The translations under genes and the position numbers were made by a program. Below are positions 8,348 to 16,627 of a stretch of DNA of 40,000 bases, piece by piece (the stretch's first letter is position 1; each line of letters opens with the position of its first letter). Under the pieces are notes generated by a model, which saw nothing but the letters and a program-made list of their open reading frames with translations, searched no databases and was not told the origin of the DNA. The stretch is taken from contig CALRWB020000003.1 in assembly GCA_943371815.1 (NCBI GenBank), positions 68,707-108,706 on the forward strand. The letters run 5' to 3'. The stretch comes from Chitinophaga pinensis (GTDB lineage: Bacteria > Cyanobacteriota > Cyanobacteriia > PCC-6307 > Cyanobiaceae).

Positions 8348-9265
8348 TCAAGAGATCGGGGCGATGGAGTGGAGCCGGCCGGCAGCGCGCGGATGCATGA
8401 CGCCAAAGCCGACGTACCAGTCGATGCGTGTACGGAATACAGGTGCATCCGGCACCTCACCCAGGTCACGCACCGAGATGCCGTAGCGGCTCTGGAACGG
8501 GCCCTGCAGGCCGGTCACCGCCTGATCGCCAAAGGTGCAGCAATAGATCGAGCTGGTACCGCCGGCCTCGCCGTAACCCAGCACTTCCAGTCCCTGGGCG
8601 TCGCGATCGACCGTGAGGATCTGGCACTCCTGGTAGTGATGCACCATCACGCCCAGGTTGTTGGTGCTCACGTTGTAGATGCCCTGGCCAACCGTCTGGC
8701 GGGCGAGGGCATTGAGCTGGCGGCGCATCGCCTTGCTCATCACCAAATACTTCTTGCCGCCGTAGGAGTTGACCGAGTCGATCAGCTCATCGAGCTTGTC
8801 GAAATCGAGTGCTCCGCCACCGTTGTTGAGGGCCATCTCAGCTCCAGGGGAGAGGCGCCGGGCCAAGCCGTCAAAGCCCCGGCCCTGGCTGGCGGTGGCA
8901 TCACCGTTGATCAGGGCCGCCTCCAGCGTTAACCGCATCGAGCGCACCTTCATCTCGGTCTGTGCAGCCCGGGCTTCTGGGCCCTGCAGGTCCACGATCG
9001 AACGGTCCACATCGACGTCGCCGCCAAAGAGGTGCACGGCTTCTGACTGGGGGTCAACGACGCCGTAGCTCTGCTTGTAGCCCTCGTTCACGGCCCGGAA
9101 GCCCACCGAGGGGAGTTCCTTCTCGACGGAATAGAAGAGACCGCCGCCAGCGATGTTCATGAACGGCAGCCAGCTGAGCAGTTCGCCCTCAGCGAAGGTC
9201 TTGATCACCGCCAGGTGCTCTAGGCGGGTCTCGTACTTGGCTGCCTCGATCAGGGTGAGGCCCAT
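8348..9265 (-). CDS. Major capsid protein (probably HK97-fold)
   Basis: 305 aa from ATG 9265, with AGGAG 11 nt upstream. Positioned after the scaffold-like gene. Sequence is typical of phage major capsid proteins (...DFDKLDELIDSVNSYGGKKYLVMSKAMRRQLNAL...). Confidence 0.7.
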   Translation of the reverse strand: MGLTLIEAAKYETRLEHLAVIKTFAEGELLSWLPFMNIAGGGLFYSVEKELPSVGFRAVNEGYKQSYGVVDPQSEAVHLFGGDVDVDRSIVDLQGPEARAAQTEMKVRSMRLTLEAALINGDATASQGRGFDGLARRLSPGAEMALNNGGGALDFDKLDELIDSVNSYGGKKYLVMSKAMRRQLNALARQTVGQGIYNVSTNNLGVMVHHYQECQILTVDRDAQGLEVLGYGEAGGTSSIYCCTFGDQAVTGLQGPFQSRYGISVRDLGEVPDAPVFRTRIDWYVGFGVMHPRAAGRLHSIAPIS

Positions 9266-9298
9266 TGGTGCTGCACTCCTGGGGCCTGGCCCCTGTGA

Positions 9299-9319
9299 CG
9301 TCACTGCCTATTGCCATGG
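9299..9319 (-). promoter_or_regulatory. Conserved intergenic motif, copy 2
   Basis: Identical 21-mer to copy 1, 33 nt upstream of the capsid ATG. Here it continues into the palindrome GTGACGTCAC. Confidence 0.5.
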
Positions 9320-9523
9320 TCAGAACGTGGCTCCACAGCAGCGCATCCAAACGGGGAATCTGCAGGGCGTCGGTCGCCATCCCAGTCGGCGAGGGGAAGA
9401 AGGGATGCACCGCTGCCCCAGCCGTCTCGCCCTTGCAAGGATCAGGCCGGGCGCCTCTGCGAGACGTCCTTGCCAGGTCGCTACAGCCGGGGCCTGACGC
9501 GGGTGTCCCTCGCCTTCCTTGAG

Positions 9524-9748
9524 ATGGCTTCCTCGTTCCTTTGCTCTCCAGCCGCCGTCGAGATCCGCCAGCTGGTGGTTCACTCCTATCCCGATGGCAT
9601 CAAGGCCGCCGGTGCCGAGCGCGTCACGGTCTTTTATGGCCGCCAGGGCAAGCCGGTGAAAAAGCCCCGCTTCCTGCCGGCTGAGCTGGCCCACCAGCTG
9701 GCCCGCAAGCTGCAGGCCAAGCGCCTCGGCACCGTCTCAGTGCTCTGA
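9524..9748 (+). CDS. Small hypothetical protein (74 aa), plus-strand moron
   Basis: ATG at 9524. About 85% G/C at third codon positions by my count. Sits upstream of DoxX on the same strand. Confidence 0.45.
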   Translation: MASSFLCSPAAVEIRQLVVHSYPDGIKAAGAERVTVFYGRQGKPVKKPRFLPAELAHQLARKLQAKRLGTVSVL

Positions 9749-9901
9749 GGGCTCTGCCCTTTGGGCCTCGGGTCCCGCCCCGGTGGAGCTGCGGTTCCCC
9801 GGGGCTTTCCGCTGCCAAGCGGATCAGGACAGCGGGCAGACGAGCAGCACCTACCGACGAGTGGCCACCGACCAGACAATGCGCTGAGTAGACCTCACCC
9901 C

Positions 9902-10276
9902 ATGACCACTCTGAGCAGCCGCCCCTCATTGCTGAACCGCATCGCTCGGGTGCTGCTCTGCCTGGTGTTCATCCATGCGGTGATCGGCAAGCTGACGAGC
10001 TTTGCCGGTCCGGCTGCCGCCATTGCGGCCAAGGGTCTGCCGTTGGCACCGGTACTGCTGGTGGCGGCCATGGCCTTGATGGCGGTGGGTTCGGCCCTGG
10101 TGATCAGCGGCTGGAGGGCCCGCCTGGGGGCGGTGCTGCTGTTGGTGTTCCTAGTGCCCACCACCCTGCTGTTTCATGGCGATGTGAGTGATCCCGGCGA
10201 GCGGATCCAGCTGCTCAAGAACCTGGCGATCGTGGGCGGCCTGCTGCTGGTGGCCGATCAGAACAGCAAGGCCTGA
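9902..10276 (+). CDS. DoxX-family membrane protein
   Basis: 124 aa from ATG 9902. Hydrophobic DoxX-like sequence: LLNRIARVLLCLVFIHAVIGKL...LVFLVPTTLLFHG...NLAIVGGLLLVA. Confidence 0.8.
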   Translation: MTTLSSRPSLLNRIARVLLCLVFIHAVIGKLTSFAGPAAAIAAKGLPLAPVLLVAAMALMAVGSALVISGWRARLGAVLLLVFLVPTTLLFHGDVSDPGERIQLLKNLAIVGGLLLVADQNSKA

Positions 10277-10539
10277 GAGGGATTTCCCAGAACCTGAAAA
10301 ATTTCCGAGGCACCCTACGCCGCTGCCAGAAACAGGGGGAATACCCCTCGCGAGTTTGGGTTTTTCTGCGGGGATCTGCAGGCTTCTGCAAGGAGTTGCA
10401 GGGAGCTGATTTTGAAACGCAAATTATGAGCAAATCTCGCGATTTTTTTCGCGTCAGTTTCTCCCTTTTTGATTGTTGATTGTTTGCTCGCTTGTGTATT
10501 CCCAGGTTCGGGCGGTGGCGGGGTTGAATCAGTTGCGCG

Positions 10540-10926
10540 TCAGTGGCGGTGGGGTTGATTGGTTGAGCGTTGGGCTGCTTGCTCCGCAGCATCCATCCGT
10601 CGGGCAAGACCAGTGGCCCAGCGGCGGCCGGGTTCACCACCCCAGCCATCCCAGGCTTGACGGCCCTTGCCGTACTGATCCCAGCTGGAGCCCTGCTTGT
10701 CCACCTCGTGGCGGGCGAAGTAGCTCACCATCCGGTCGATGGTCGCGGGTGAGAGCTGCTGACGGTTGAGCAGCTGCCGGGCTCGTGCCAGCCCCACAGG
10801 CGTCATGCCGCGATTGGAGGGAGGTTGCTTGGCGCGGCGCTCCAGGGCACGCCTGGCTGCAGCGGCAACTGGCTGCGGCGGCCGGAAGGTCAGGCCTCGA
10901 TAAAAGCTGCTCGGCCGCCGTGCCAT
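10540..10926 (-). CDS. Hypothetical phage protein (start uncertain: ATG 10926 or GTG 10956)
   Basis: ORF directly after the scaffold-like gene. Motif GMTPVGLARARQLLNRQQLSPATIDRMVSYFARHEVDK...WDGWGG. Family not confidently recognised. Confidence 0.55.
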   Translation of the reverse strand: MARRPSSFYRGLTFRPPQPVAAAARRALERRAKQPPSNRGMTPVGLARARQLLNRQQLSPATIDRMVSYFARHEVDKQGSSWDQYGKGRQAWDGWGGEPGRRWATGLARRMDAAEQAAQRSTNQPHRH

Positions 10927-10942
10927 TGGAGTGTGCTCGAAC

Positions 10943-11800
10943 TCAACGACGAGCACCGCGGCCGTTCACCGCGAAGGACGCCCGGTAGAGCTCCGAGGCC
11001 GACATCGCCTGGGGGTTGATCGGCTCGCCGTTGCTGCCGATGCCCGATGCCGTAAGCGCACCAGCGGCCTGCATACCAGCCGGGCCCCGCTGCTGGAACA
11101 GGAAGCCGTAAACGGGATGCACGCGCATCTGATCGAGGAACTCGGTCGTGGTCATCGGCCTGCCGTCATCACCGAGCAGGGGCTTGCCCTGGGAGTCGAG
11201 GGGTTCGAGCACGTCCTTGCCGTCGTTGCCGTTGCTCAGCCGGAAGCAGGTGCCCAGCTGCCCTTTGAAGATGTCGAAAAAGGTGCCACGGCCATCGCCA
11301 CCGGTGCGGCCCTCGGCCTCTGAGAAGGCACGCTCAAGTAGACGCTCCTTACGCAGCTGCAGGATCTGCTGCTTGGCGTCATCGCGCTCAGCAGCAACGG
11401 CGGCCACCTTCTGGGCGGATGCTTCCTCCATCTGGCGCTCGCGCAGTTCCACCTGCTGCTCAAGGATCTGCTTCTGGCGTTCAGCGTCCTGCAGGCGGGA
11501 GTATTCCTCAGGGTTGATCTCGGAGAAGCGGTTCAGCTGCTGCTTGAGCGTGCGGATCTCTTTCTCTAGCTGGTTGGTCTTGCGCCGCTCCGCCCGTAGG
11601 GGGTCGGAGGAACGACTGTCGTCTGCGGCGCTAAAAGCCGCCTCAGATTGGGAAGACGTTTGACTGTCGGCGGCATCGCCTGAGACCTGGGCATCGCCAG
11701 TCCCGGGTTCGCTTGCCAGACCGGTGGCGGAGTAATTGTCATCAGCCCCTTGGCCGGCGGCGGCGGTAGGAGCAGTGTTGGAAGTGGTGGCAGTGGCCAT
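10943..11800 (-). CDS. Scaffolding-like protein
   Basis: Start MATATTSNT at 11800. Low-complexity N-terminus, then a long charged coiled coil (EKEIRTLKQQLNRF...QKQILEQQVELRERQMEE...). Lies between the portal block and the capsid. Confidence 0.6.
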   Translation of the reverse strand: MATATTSNTAPTAAAGQGADDNYSATGLASEPGTGDAQVSGDAADSQTSSQSEAAFSAADDSRSSDPLRAERRKTNQLEKEIRTLKQQLNRFSEINPEEYSRLQDAERQKQILEQQVELRERQMEEASAQKVAAVAAERDDAKQQILQLRKERLLERAFSEAEGRTGGDGRGTFFDIFKGQLGTCFRLSNGNDGKDVLEPLDSQGKPLLGDDGRPMTTTEFLDQMRVHPVYGFLFQQRGPAGMQAAGALTASGIGSNGEPINPQAMSASELYRASFAVNGRGARR

Positions 11801-11843
11801 GACCCATCGCGGCTGTCGTGGATGAGCACCCCATCCGGGCTGT

Positions 11844-11864
11844 GCTCTCCACCTATTGCCATGG
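11844..11864 (-). promoter_or_regulatory. Conserved intergenic motif, copy 3 (CCATGGCAATAGGTGGAGAGC)
   Basis: First 13 nt identical to copies 1 and 2; 16/21 overall. Lies 43 nt upstream of the scaffold ATG. Confidence 0.4.
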
Positions 11865-12118
11865 CGCTGAGCACTGACGCCAGAGTGGAGCTGATGCAAA
11901 CACCGCTCCGCCCCACCCCCCGCGAGACCACTGAGGCGATGGTGCGCAACATCGGCCGGGAGCTAGCCGAGATCGAGCAGAAGATGGCTCGCTGCCGTGG
12001 TGATGCGGTGGCGGAGCCCCGGTTAACGGGCACCTGGATGGCTCACCTGCTGATCAGCAGCAACGAGCTCATGCACAACCTTCTGATCGACACGGCCAAG
12101 CGGCCGCCGCGGCTTTAG
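11861..12118 (+). CDS. Small hypothetical protein (85 aa) on the plus strand inside the head operon
   Basis: ATG is the CCATGG core of motif copy 3. About 85% G/C at third positions by my count. Fills the 320-nt gap between minus-strand genes. Confidence 0.4.
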   Translation: MALSTDARVELMQTPLRPTPRETTEAMVRNIGRELAEIEQKMARCRGDAVAEPRLTGTWMAHLLISSNELMHNLLIDTAKRPPRL

Positions 12119-12121
12119 GTC

Positions 12122-13021
12122 TCAGCCCCGCGATAGCTCCAGCTGCCGCGCCAGCCACAGCTCCACTTCCTCGTAGGTGTAGCGAACGAGGTTGCCCAGC
12201 TTCACGAAGGGAGGGCCGTAGCCGCTGGAGTTCCAGCTGTAGATGGTGGAAAGGGAAACGCCTAGGTAGGTCGCCAGGGTTTCGGGCGTGTAGAAGCCGG
12301 CTGGCAGGGCGGTGGTGCTGGTGTCGGCGTTGGCTGCAGCGCGGCGCTTGGGCAGGAACAGCCAGCTCCCCAGCGGCAGTTGATCCGACGGGCGGGCGGT
12401 GATGGTGGGGTTGAGGCTGCGCAGGGTGGTCACGGTGGTGCCGTGGCGTTCGGCCAGCACGTTGAGGCTGTCGCCGGAGCCCACCACCGCCACTCGGTTG
12501 GGCTTGAGCGCCGCCTGGACCCGTTCGCCCAGTAGCGGCTGGGTCAAGGAGCCAATGCCACCAGCGCCGTAGAGCCCACCAAACTCGGTCACGGAAAAGG
12601 CCCCCAGCTGGCCTCGGGTCGGGGAGGGAAGCAGGCCTGGCGTGCGCAGCTCCGACAGCGGCCCCAACCAGACGGCCCCAAAGCAGGGGGTGAGCAGCGC
12701 CGGGGTGGTGGCAGACACCGGCCGGATGCCGCTGGTGCTCCAGCTGATGTCGGCTGCCAGCCAGTCCCAGGGTTGGGACGGTGTCAGTGGCAGCACTGCC
12801 CCGCGAGTCAGGTAGCCCTCGTAGGTGAAGTCCCCCGTGTCGAGTCCGGGGGCGTTCTCCTTGCTGGAGATGCCACGCAGGCGCTTGAGGAACCCCTCAA
12901 AGACGAACCGTCCGGTGCGCTCCGAATCGAGCACGCCGGGGATGGCATTGGAGAACAGCAGGATGCGGGCATTGGCGTAGGGCTGCAGCGCCGAGGGGGG
13001 CAAGGTTGGGGTGCTGGTCAC
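12122..13021 (-). CDS. Protein with LysM domain and C-terminal excisionase/AlpA-type HTH
   Basis: GTG start. LysM-like VVGSGDSLNVLAERHGTTVTTLRSLNP...LPLGSWLFLP. C-terminal YTPETLATYLGVSLSTIYSWNSSGYGPPFVKLGNLVRYTYEEVELWLA resembles excisionase-family HTH. Confidence 0.7.
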   Translation of the reverse strand: MTSTPTLPPSALQPYANARILLFSNAIPGVLDSERTGRFVFEGFLKRLRGISSKENAPGLDTGDFTYEGYLTRGAVLPLTPSQPWDWLAADISWSTSGIRPVSATTPALLTPCFGAVWLGPLSELRTPGLLPSPTRGQLGAFSVTEFGGLYGAGGIGSLTQPLLGERVQAALKPNRVAVVGSGDSLNVLAERHGTTVTTLRSLNPTITARPSDQLPLGSWLFLPKRRAAANADTSTTALPAGFYTPETLATYLGVSLSTIYSWNSSGYGPPFVKLGNLVRYTYEEVELWLARQLELSRG

Positions 13022-13024
13022 GGA

Positions 13025-13543
13025 TCAACCCCGCTCCAGCGCTGCGGTGAAGCTCCCGCCACCGCTGCTCAGCTGGGAGTCGCGGCTCCAGTTCGCCAGG
13101 GTCGGCAGCATCAGCACCAGGGCCTGAGCATGGCTACCCCGCTGCCGCCGCAGGGCCTGTTCGATCGAGAGGCCCACACCAAAACGAGTGATGGTCTCCT
13201 CGCGCAGCAACTCGGTGTCGAACTCGATCACGTCGGCCTTCTTGACCGGCAGCGTCCCGTCCTCCGGCAGTGCATCAGCAATGGCTGCCTTGCGGCGGGT
13301 TTCGATCGGCGCCATCAGCTGCTCCGGGTTCAGCCCTGCCAGTTCAGTGTCGATAGCAGCGATGGCATCCAGTTCCCGCCTGGCGGTGGGGATGGCGTCG
13401 GGGTAGAGCTGCTCCAGATCTGCCATCGCGTCGTTGATGGCGCGGATCCCCGCCATCCGAGCCGGGATCGAGAGGGCGATGCGGATCCCCTCCAGGTCAG
13501 CAGCACGCCAGCGGTAGGGCGGGTCGACGGGGGTCTGGCTCAT
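13025..13543 (-). CDS. Hypothetical head-module protein
   Basis: 172-aa ORF. ATGA overlap with the portal stop. Confidence 0.55.
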   Translation of the reverse strand: MSQTPVDPPYRWRAADLEGIRIALSIPARMAGIRAINDAMADLEQLYPDAIPTARRELDAIAAIDTELAGLNPEQLMAPIETRRKAAIADALPEDGTLPVKKADVIEFDTELLREETITRFGVGLSIEQALRRQRGSHAQALVLMLPTLANWSRDSQLSSGGGSFTAALERG

Positions 13544-15099
13544 GAGGCTGCAGGCGCGGCTGTCTCCTCTTGCCTCAGAGGCACAGGAGCCGTGGGCGCC
13601 GGAGCAAGGCCTACCTCGCCGGCCCGGGTCGCTGGGCTGTCATCCAGCGTTGGACTGCTGATCGCGTTGGCCGTCGCCAGAGCCAGTTGGTGCCGCAGTT
13701 CCTCCCGGCTGATCACGCCCTTATCGAAGAGCTCGATCCATTCCTTCACCTGGGGCTGCGGCTGGATCGGTGGGGTGAGCGGGCTCACCGTCACCTGCAG
13801 ACCGGCACCTGGATCGAGGAGTTCACCGCTTAAGGAACACCAGTGCTGCAGGAGGGTGGAGAACAGCGAGGCTTTCTGGATCGCCATTGCCTGCAGCAGC
13901 GCATAGCTCTGGGAGGCGGTGAGGCTGATCTCCATCTCAGTGCGGGCAGCACCACGGTTCTGGGATGGGATCAGCGCGTCGCGGCGCATGGTGTCATCGA
14001 GGATCTGCAGCCAGGCACGGTGCTCGGCCAGGGACCGGGCGCGGATCTCTACGAACTCGAAGGAGGCATCAGCCGGCAGGTCCATGCAGGTGTTGGGACC
14101 CAGCACGACCGGTCCGGCCTGGCTGTTGCCCATGGCGTCGACCATCCCCTTGCGGACGCCAACGGGAAGAGCAGTCCTGGAGAGGAGCTCCTCGTATTCG
14201 CTCTTACAGCGGAAGTGGTTGAGGTACTGGTGCGCCAGGCCCAGGTGCGGCAGGTCCCCCTCCCCGAAGGCCGAGCCATCGGAGGTGTACCAGCAGGCCG
14301 GCAGCCGGCTGATGCCCTCGTACGTCGTGACCAACGGCTCGTCGCAGCGCCAGCCCGTCGTGGCCTGCGGGTCAGCGCAGACAGGGTGGTGGGCCAGCTG
14401 CAGGCCCGTGACGGCATCACCAGCGGTGAGCAGCTGCAGGCTGCGGTAGTGCCAGCGGTCGGGGGCGTCGGCATCGCCCAGCAGAGCGTTGATCTGCTCG
14501 CTGACAGCCCCTTCAGGGCCGGGAGCCTCGGTGCTGATGGGGAGGCTCACTGGCTCTCGCCAGACGATCTGGCTCGGCAGTCCGTTGGACTCGGGCAGCT
14601 CCCAGTTCAGGCAGTTGGATCGGGGTACCAGCTGGAGGCGGGGGAGAGACAGGCGATCGCCGCGGCGGAGGGCCTCCTGCCGGTCGCCCTCGCTGGGCCA
14701 GCTGTGCTCGGGAGGGAGCACCAGAACCAGGGCGGCGCCATCGCGCAGCACCAGCAGGTCGGCAGCGGACAAGAACACACCCAGGTCCGTGCCCCTCCCA
14801 TCCACATCGGTGAGCACTGAGGTCAGGCTGGCAGGGAGGCTGATCCAACTGCCTCGGCTGAGCATGCCGGCGTAGGTGCGCAGGGCGTCACGGAAGAAGC
14901 CCGAAGGGCGGGCGGCGTCGAGGCGTTTGCGGTAGGCGGTGTCGGGTTCCCGCTCGCCCTTGGGGAGGTAATGCTCCTTGCGATTGCTGCCGTCGGGGGC
15001 GGCGAGAAGGGCCCAGCAGTCGGCGGTGATCTGGAGATCGGGGCATTGCCCCACAAGCACTGAATGGCGCCGCCAAGGAGCATGGTTTAGCAGAGGCAT
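13540..15099 (-). CDS. Portal protein (DUF4055-like N-terminal motif)
   Basis: 519 aa, the first large gene of the head block after the terminase. HYLPKGEREPDTAYRKRLDAARPSGFFRDALRTYAGML matches my recollection of a portal-associated motif. Confidence 0.7.
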   Translation of the reverse strand: MPLLNHAPWRRHSVLVGQCPDLQITADCWALLAAPDGSNRKEHYLPKGEREPDTAYRKRLDAARPSGFFRDALRTYAGMLSRGSWISLPASLTSVLTDVDGRGTDLGVFLSAADLLVLRDGAALVLVLPPEHSWPSEGDRQEALRRGDRLSLPRLQLVPRSNCLNWELPESNGLPSQIVWREPVSLPISTEAPGPEGAVSEQINALLGDADAPDRWHYRSLQLLTAGDAVTGLQLAHHPVCADPQATTGWRCDEPLVTTYEGISRLPACWYTSDGSAFGEGDLPHLGLAHQYLNHFRCKSEYEELLSRTALPVGVRKGMVDAMGNSQAGPVVLGPNTCMDLPADASFEFVEIRARSLAEHRAWLQILDDTMRRDALIPSQNRGAARTEMEISLTASQSYALLQAMAIQKASLFSTLLQHWCSLSGELLDPGAGLQVTVSPLTPPIQPQPQVKEWIELFDKGVISREELRHQLALATANAISSPTLDDSPATRAGEVGLAPAPTAPVPLRQEETAAPAAS

Positions 15100-15110
15100 A
15101 AGGCAGGGGA

Positions 15111-15131
15111 GTCACACTGACTCTTGCCAGG
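15111..15131 (-). promoter_or_regulatory. Conserved intergenic motif, copy 4 (CCTGGCAAGAGTCAGTGTGAC, degenerate)
   Basis: Aligns to the consensus with one 1-nt deletion and one 2-nt insertion. Lies 11 nt upstream of the portal ATG, at the left junction of the low-GC block. Confidence 0.4.
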
Positions 15132-15162
15132 CTTCCCGACACATGAGCATTCAGACCAATAA

Positions 15163-15669
15163 TTAAAGGGCTGACGAGCTGGTCTGCTTGCGACTAATCT
15201 CATTAAAATATTTATGCAGCTGAGAAACTATGATCCAGGTAACGACTACAACCTGAACGAAGCTGCTCGTAGCAAGCATGATCATCCATGGGAACAAGAG
15301 CCTTCCGTGGGGCCTCGAAAACACACCAAGAGACACTGCGGCCGTAGATCCAAGACACAGAAGGGAAAGATAGTAAAGCGAGAAGAAGACCTGGTGATAG
15401 CGATAGCCCCTATACCTGGCAAATGCCCGACCCGAAGAAAGGCCAAATAGTATGGTAATAATTGTCGCAAGAAATCCCATAAAAGTTATTGATGCTGTAA
15501 TGAGTATTTCTGCTATGGGTTCTGATTTCCCATAAAGGGCAAAAGCTAGATCGGGCCATTTCCAAACAGCAAGCTTATAAAGTCCGTATGCGACTGGTCC
15601 ACTCAGCAAGGTCGCCGAGCAGAGCAAGATCGTCAAGATTATCAGTTGTGAATGCGTCGGCTTGCTCAT
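15163..15669 (-). CDS. RexB-like four-TM membrane protein
   Basis: 168 aa with four hydrophobic helices (about residues 8-30, 52-77, 92-116, 123-150). ITILFGLSSGRAFARYRGYRYHQVFFSLYYLSL resembles recalled lambda RexB LTFLIGSRTRRLAKIREYGYMTSVVIVYALSF. Confidence 0.6.
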   Translation of the reverse strand: MSKPTHSQLIILTILLCSATLLSGPVAYGLYKLAVWKWPDLAFALYGKSEPIAEILITASITFMGFLATIITILFGLSSGRAFARYRGYRYHQVFFSLYYLSLLCLGSTAAVSLGVFSRPHGRLLFPWMIMLATSSFVQVVVVTWIIVSQLHKYFNEISRKQTSSSAL

Positions 15670-16507
15670 GATGATTCACCTTTTGAGGAAGAACGTGATT
15701 GCGCTGGATTGCTGTTCTGATTTGTCTAAGTATATCTTGATCCGATCCATTATCAAGTTCATCGCTGACATGGCCACGGCCCGCAAGGTGCAACTCAATC
15801 AACGTGTCATCCAGACTTTCCAGCCTCCCTCGGCAAACAATCTTTTCCGAGGTCTCTATCCCTGGCAGCCGAAGAACCTTAGACATAGCGCGCTGGATGT
15901 TCGACCTCGGGCGAGGCCTAATGATTACCTCGATGCTATCAACATCAGTAAAGTCTTGAATGTCAGCTCCCAAAACATTGACAAAGTGGCCAAATAGAGA
16001 ATGATTGTTTTGGACCTTAATCTCAGAACGCCCGAGAAAAGGGGCGGAAAGAGCTGTTTCGATGCTGGTGCACTCTAGAAATGGATAAAGAATAAATCGG
16101 TACTTATCCAGTCTAATTTCCTTGAGCAGGTCATTTATAAAGCGCGCAAACGAAGGAGCCCTAGGGGCCATCATTGTTGATGTAAATGCCAAATAGCTCT
16201 TTTCGAACAAAACGTATGAGGCACACCCAAGTCGCTCGTTAGCACTTAACAGAGTGTTGATCTCGACGACATCGAGATTGGTGCTATTTATGCGCTTTAT
16301 GACCTCATTCTGCCTTGTTGCCAGGTATAGATAGAAATTTTGGTCAATGCCGAGAAGAAAGTAATTCTCTCCTTCGCGAATAAATTTATTCTTGAATGAA
16401 ATATCATTGAGCGCAGAAAAGCAGGCAAGAAGGGGGCGCACATCAAAAAGGTGATACCTATCTTCCTGTATGTCATGAATGGCGTATCCATAATAGGAAA
16501 GCTTCAT
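15575..16507 (-). CDS. RexA-like soluble protein
   Basis: 310 aa. Several blocks resemble recalled lambda RexA: MKLSYYGY vs MKNGFYATY; KRINSTNLDVVEINTLLSANERLGCASYVLFEKSYLAFTSTMMAP vs KINRSKASVEDIKNSLADDESLGFPSFLFVEGDTIGFARTVFGP; VNVLGADIQDFTDVDSIEVIIRPRPRSNIQR vs LKVLGATDIEGELFDSLDIVIKPKFKRDIKK. Confidence 0.6.
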   Translation of the reverse strand: MKLSYYGYAIHDIQEDRYHLFDVRPLLACFSALNDISFKNKFIREGENYFLLGIDQNFYLYLATRQNEVIKRINSTNLDVVEINTLLSANERLGCASYVLFEKSYLAFTSTMMAPRAPSFARFINDLLKEIRLDKYRFILYPFLECTSIETALSAPFLGRSEIKVQNNHSLFGHFVNVLGADIQDFTDVDSIEVIIRPRPRSNIQRAMSKVLRLPGIETSEKIVCRGRLESLDDTLIELHLAGRGHVSDELDNGSDQDILRQIRTAIQRNHVLPQKVNHHEQADAFTTDNLDDLALLGDLAEWTSRIRTL

Positions 16508-16537
16508 TGGCTCATCGCGCCCTCGGTTAAATATATT

Positions 16538-16565
16538 ATCTTACTATCGCCGTCTCCCTGAGCAA
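16538..16565 (-). promoter_or_regulatory. Candidate sigma-70-type promoter for the Rex-like pair (TTGCTC, 16-nt spacer, TAAGAT)
   Basis: Found in the 120-nt AT-rich spacer upstream of the ATG at 16507. GAGGG lies 12 nt before the ATG. Pattern match only. Confidence 0.3.
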
Positions 16566-16627
16566 GCGATTGAAATACATATCAATGCAGTCGCTATCTT
16601 GCCGTGAAATGATTCTCGTGTCGCCCG

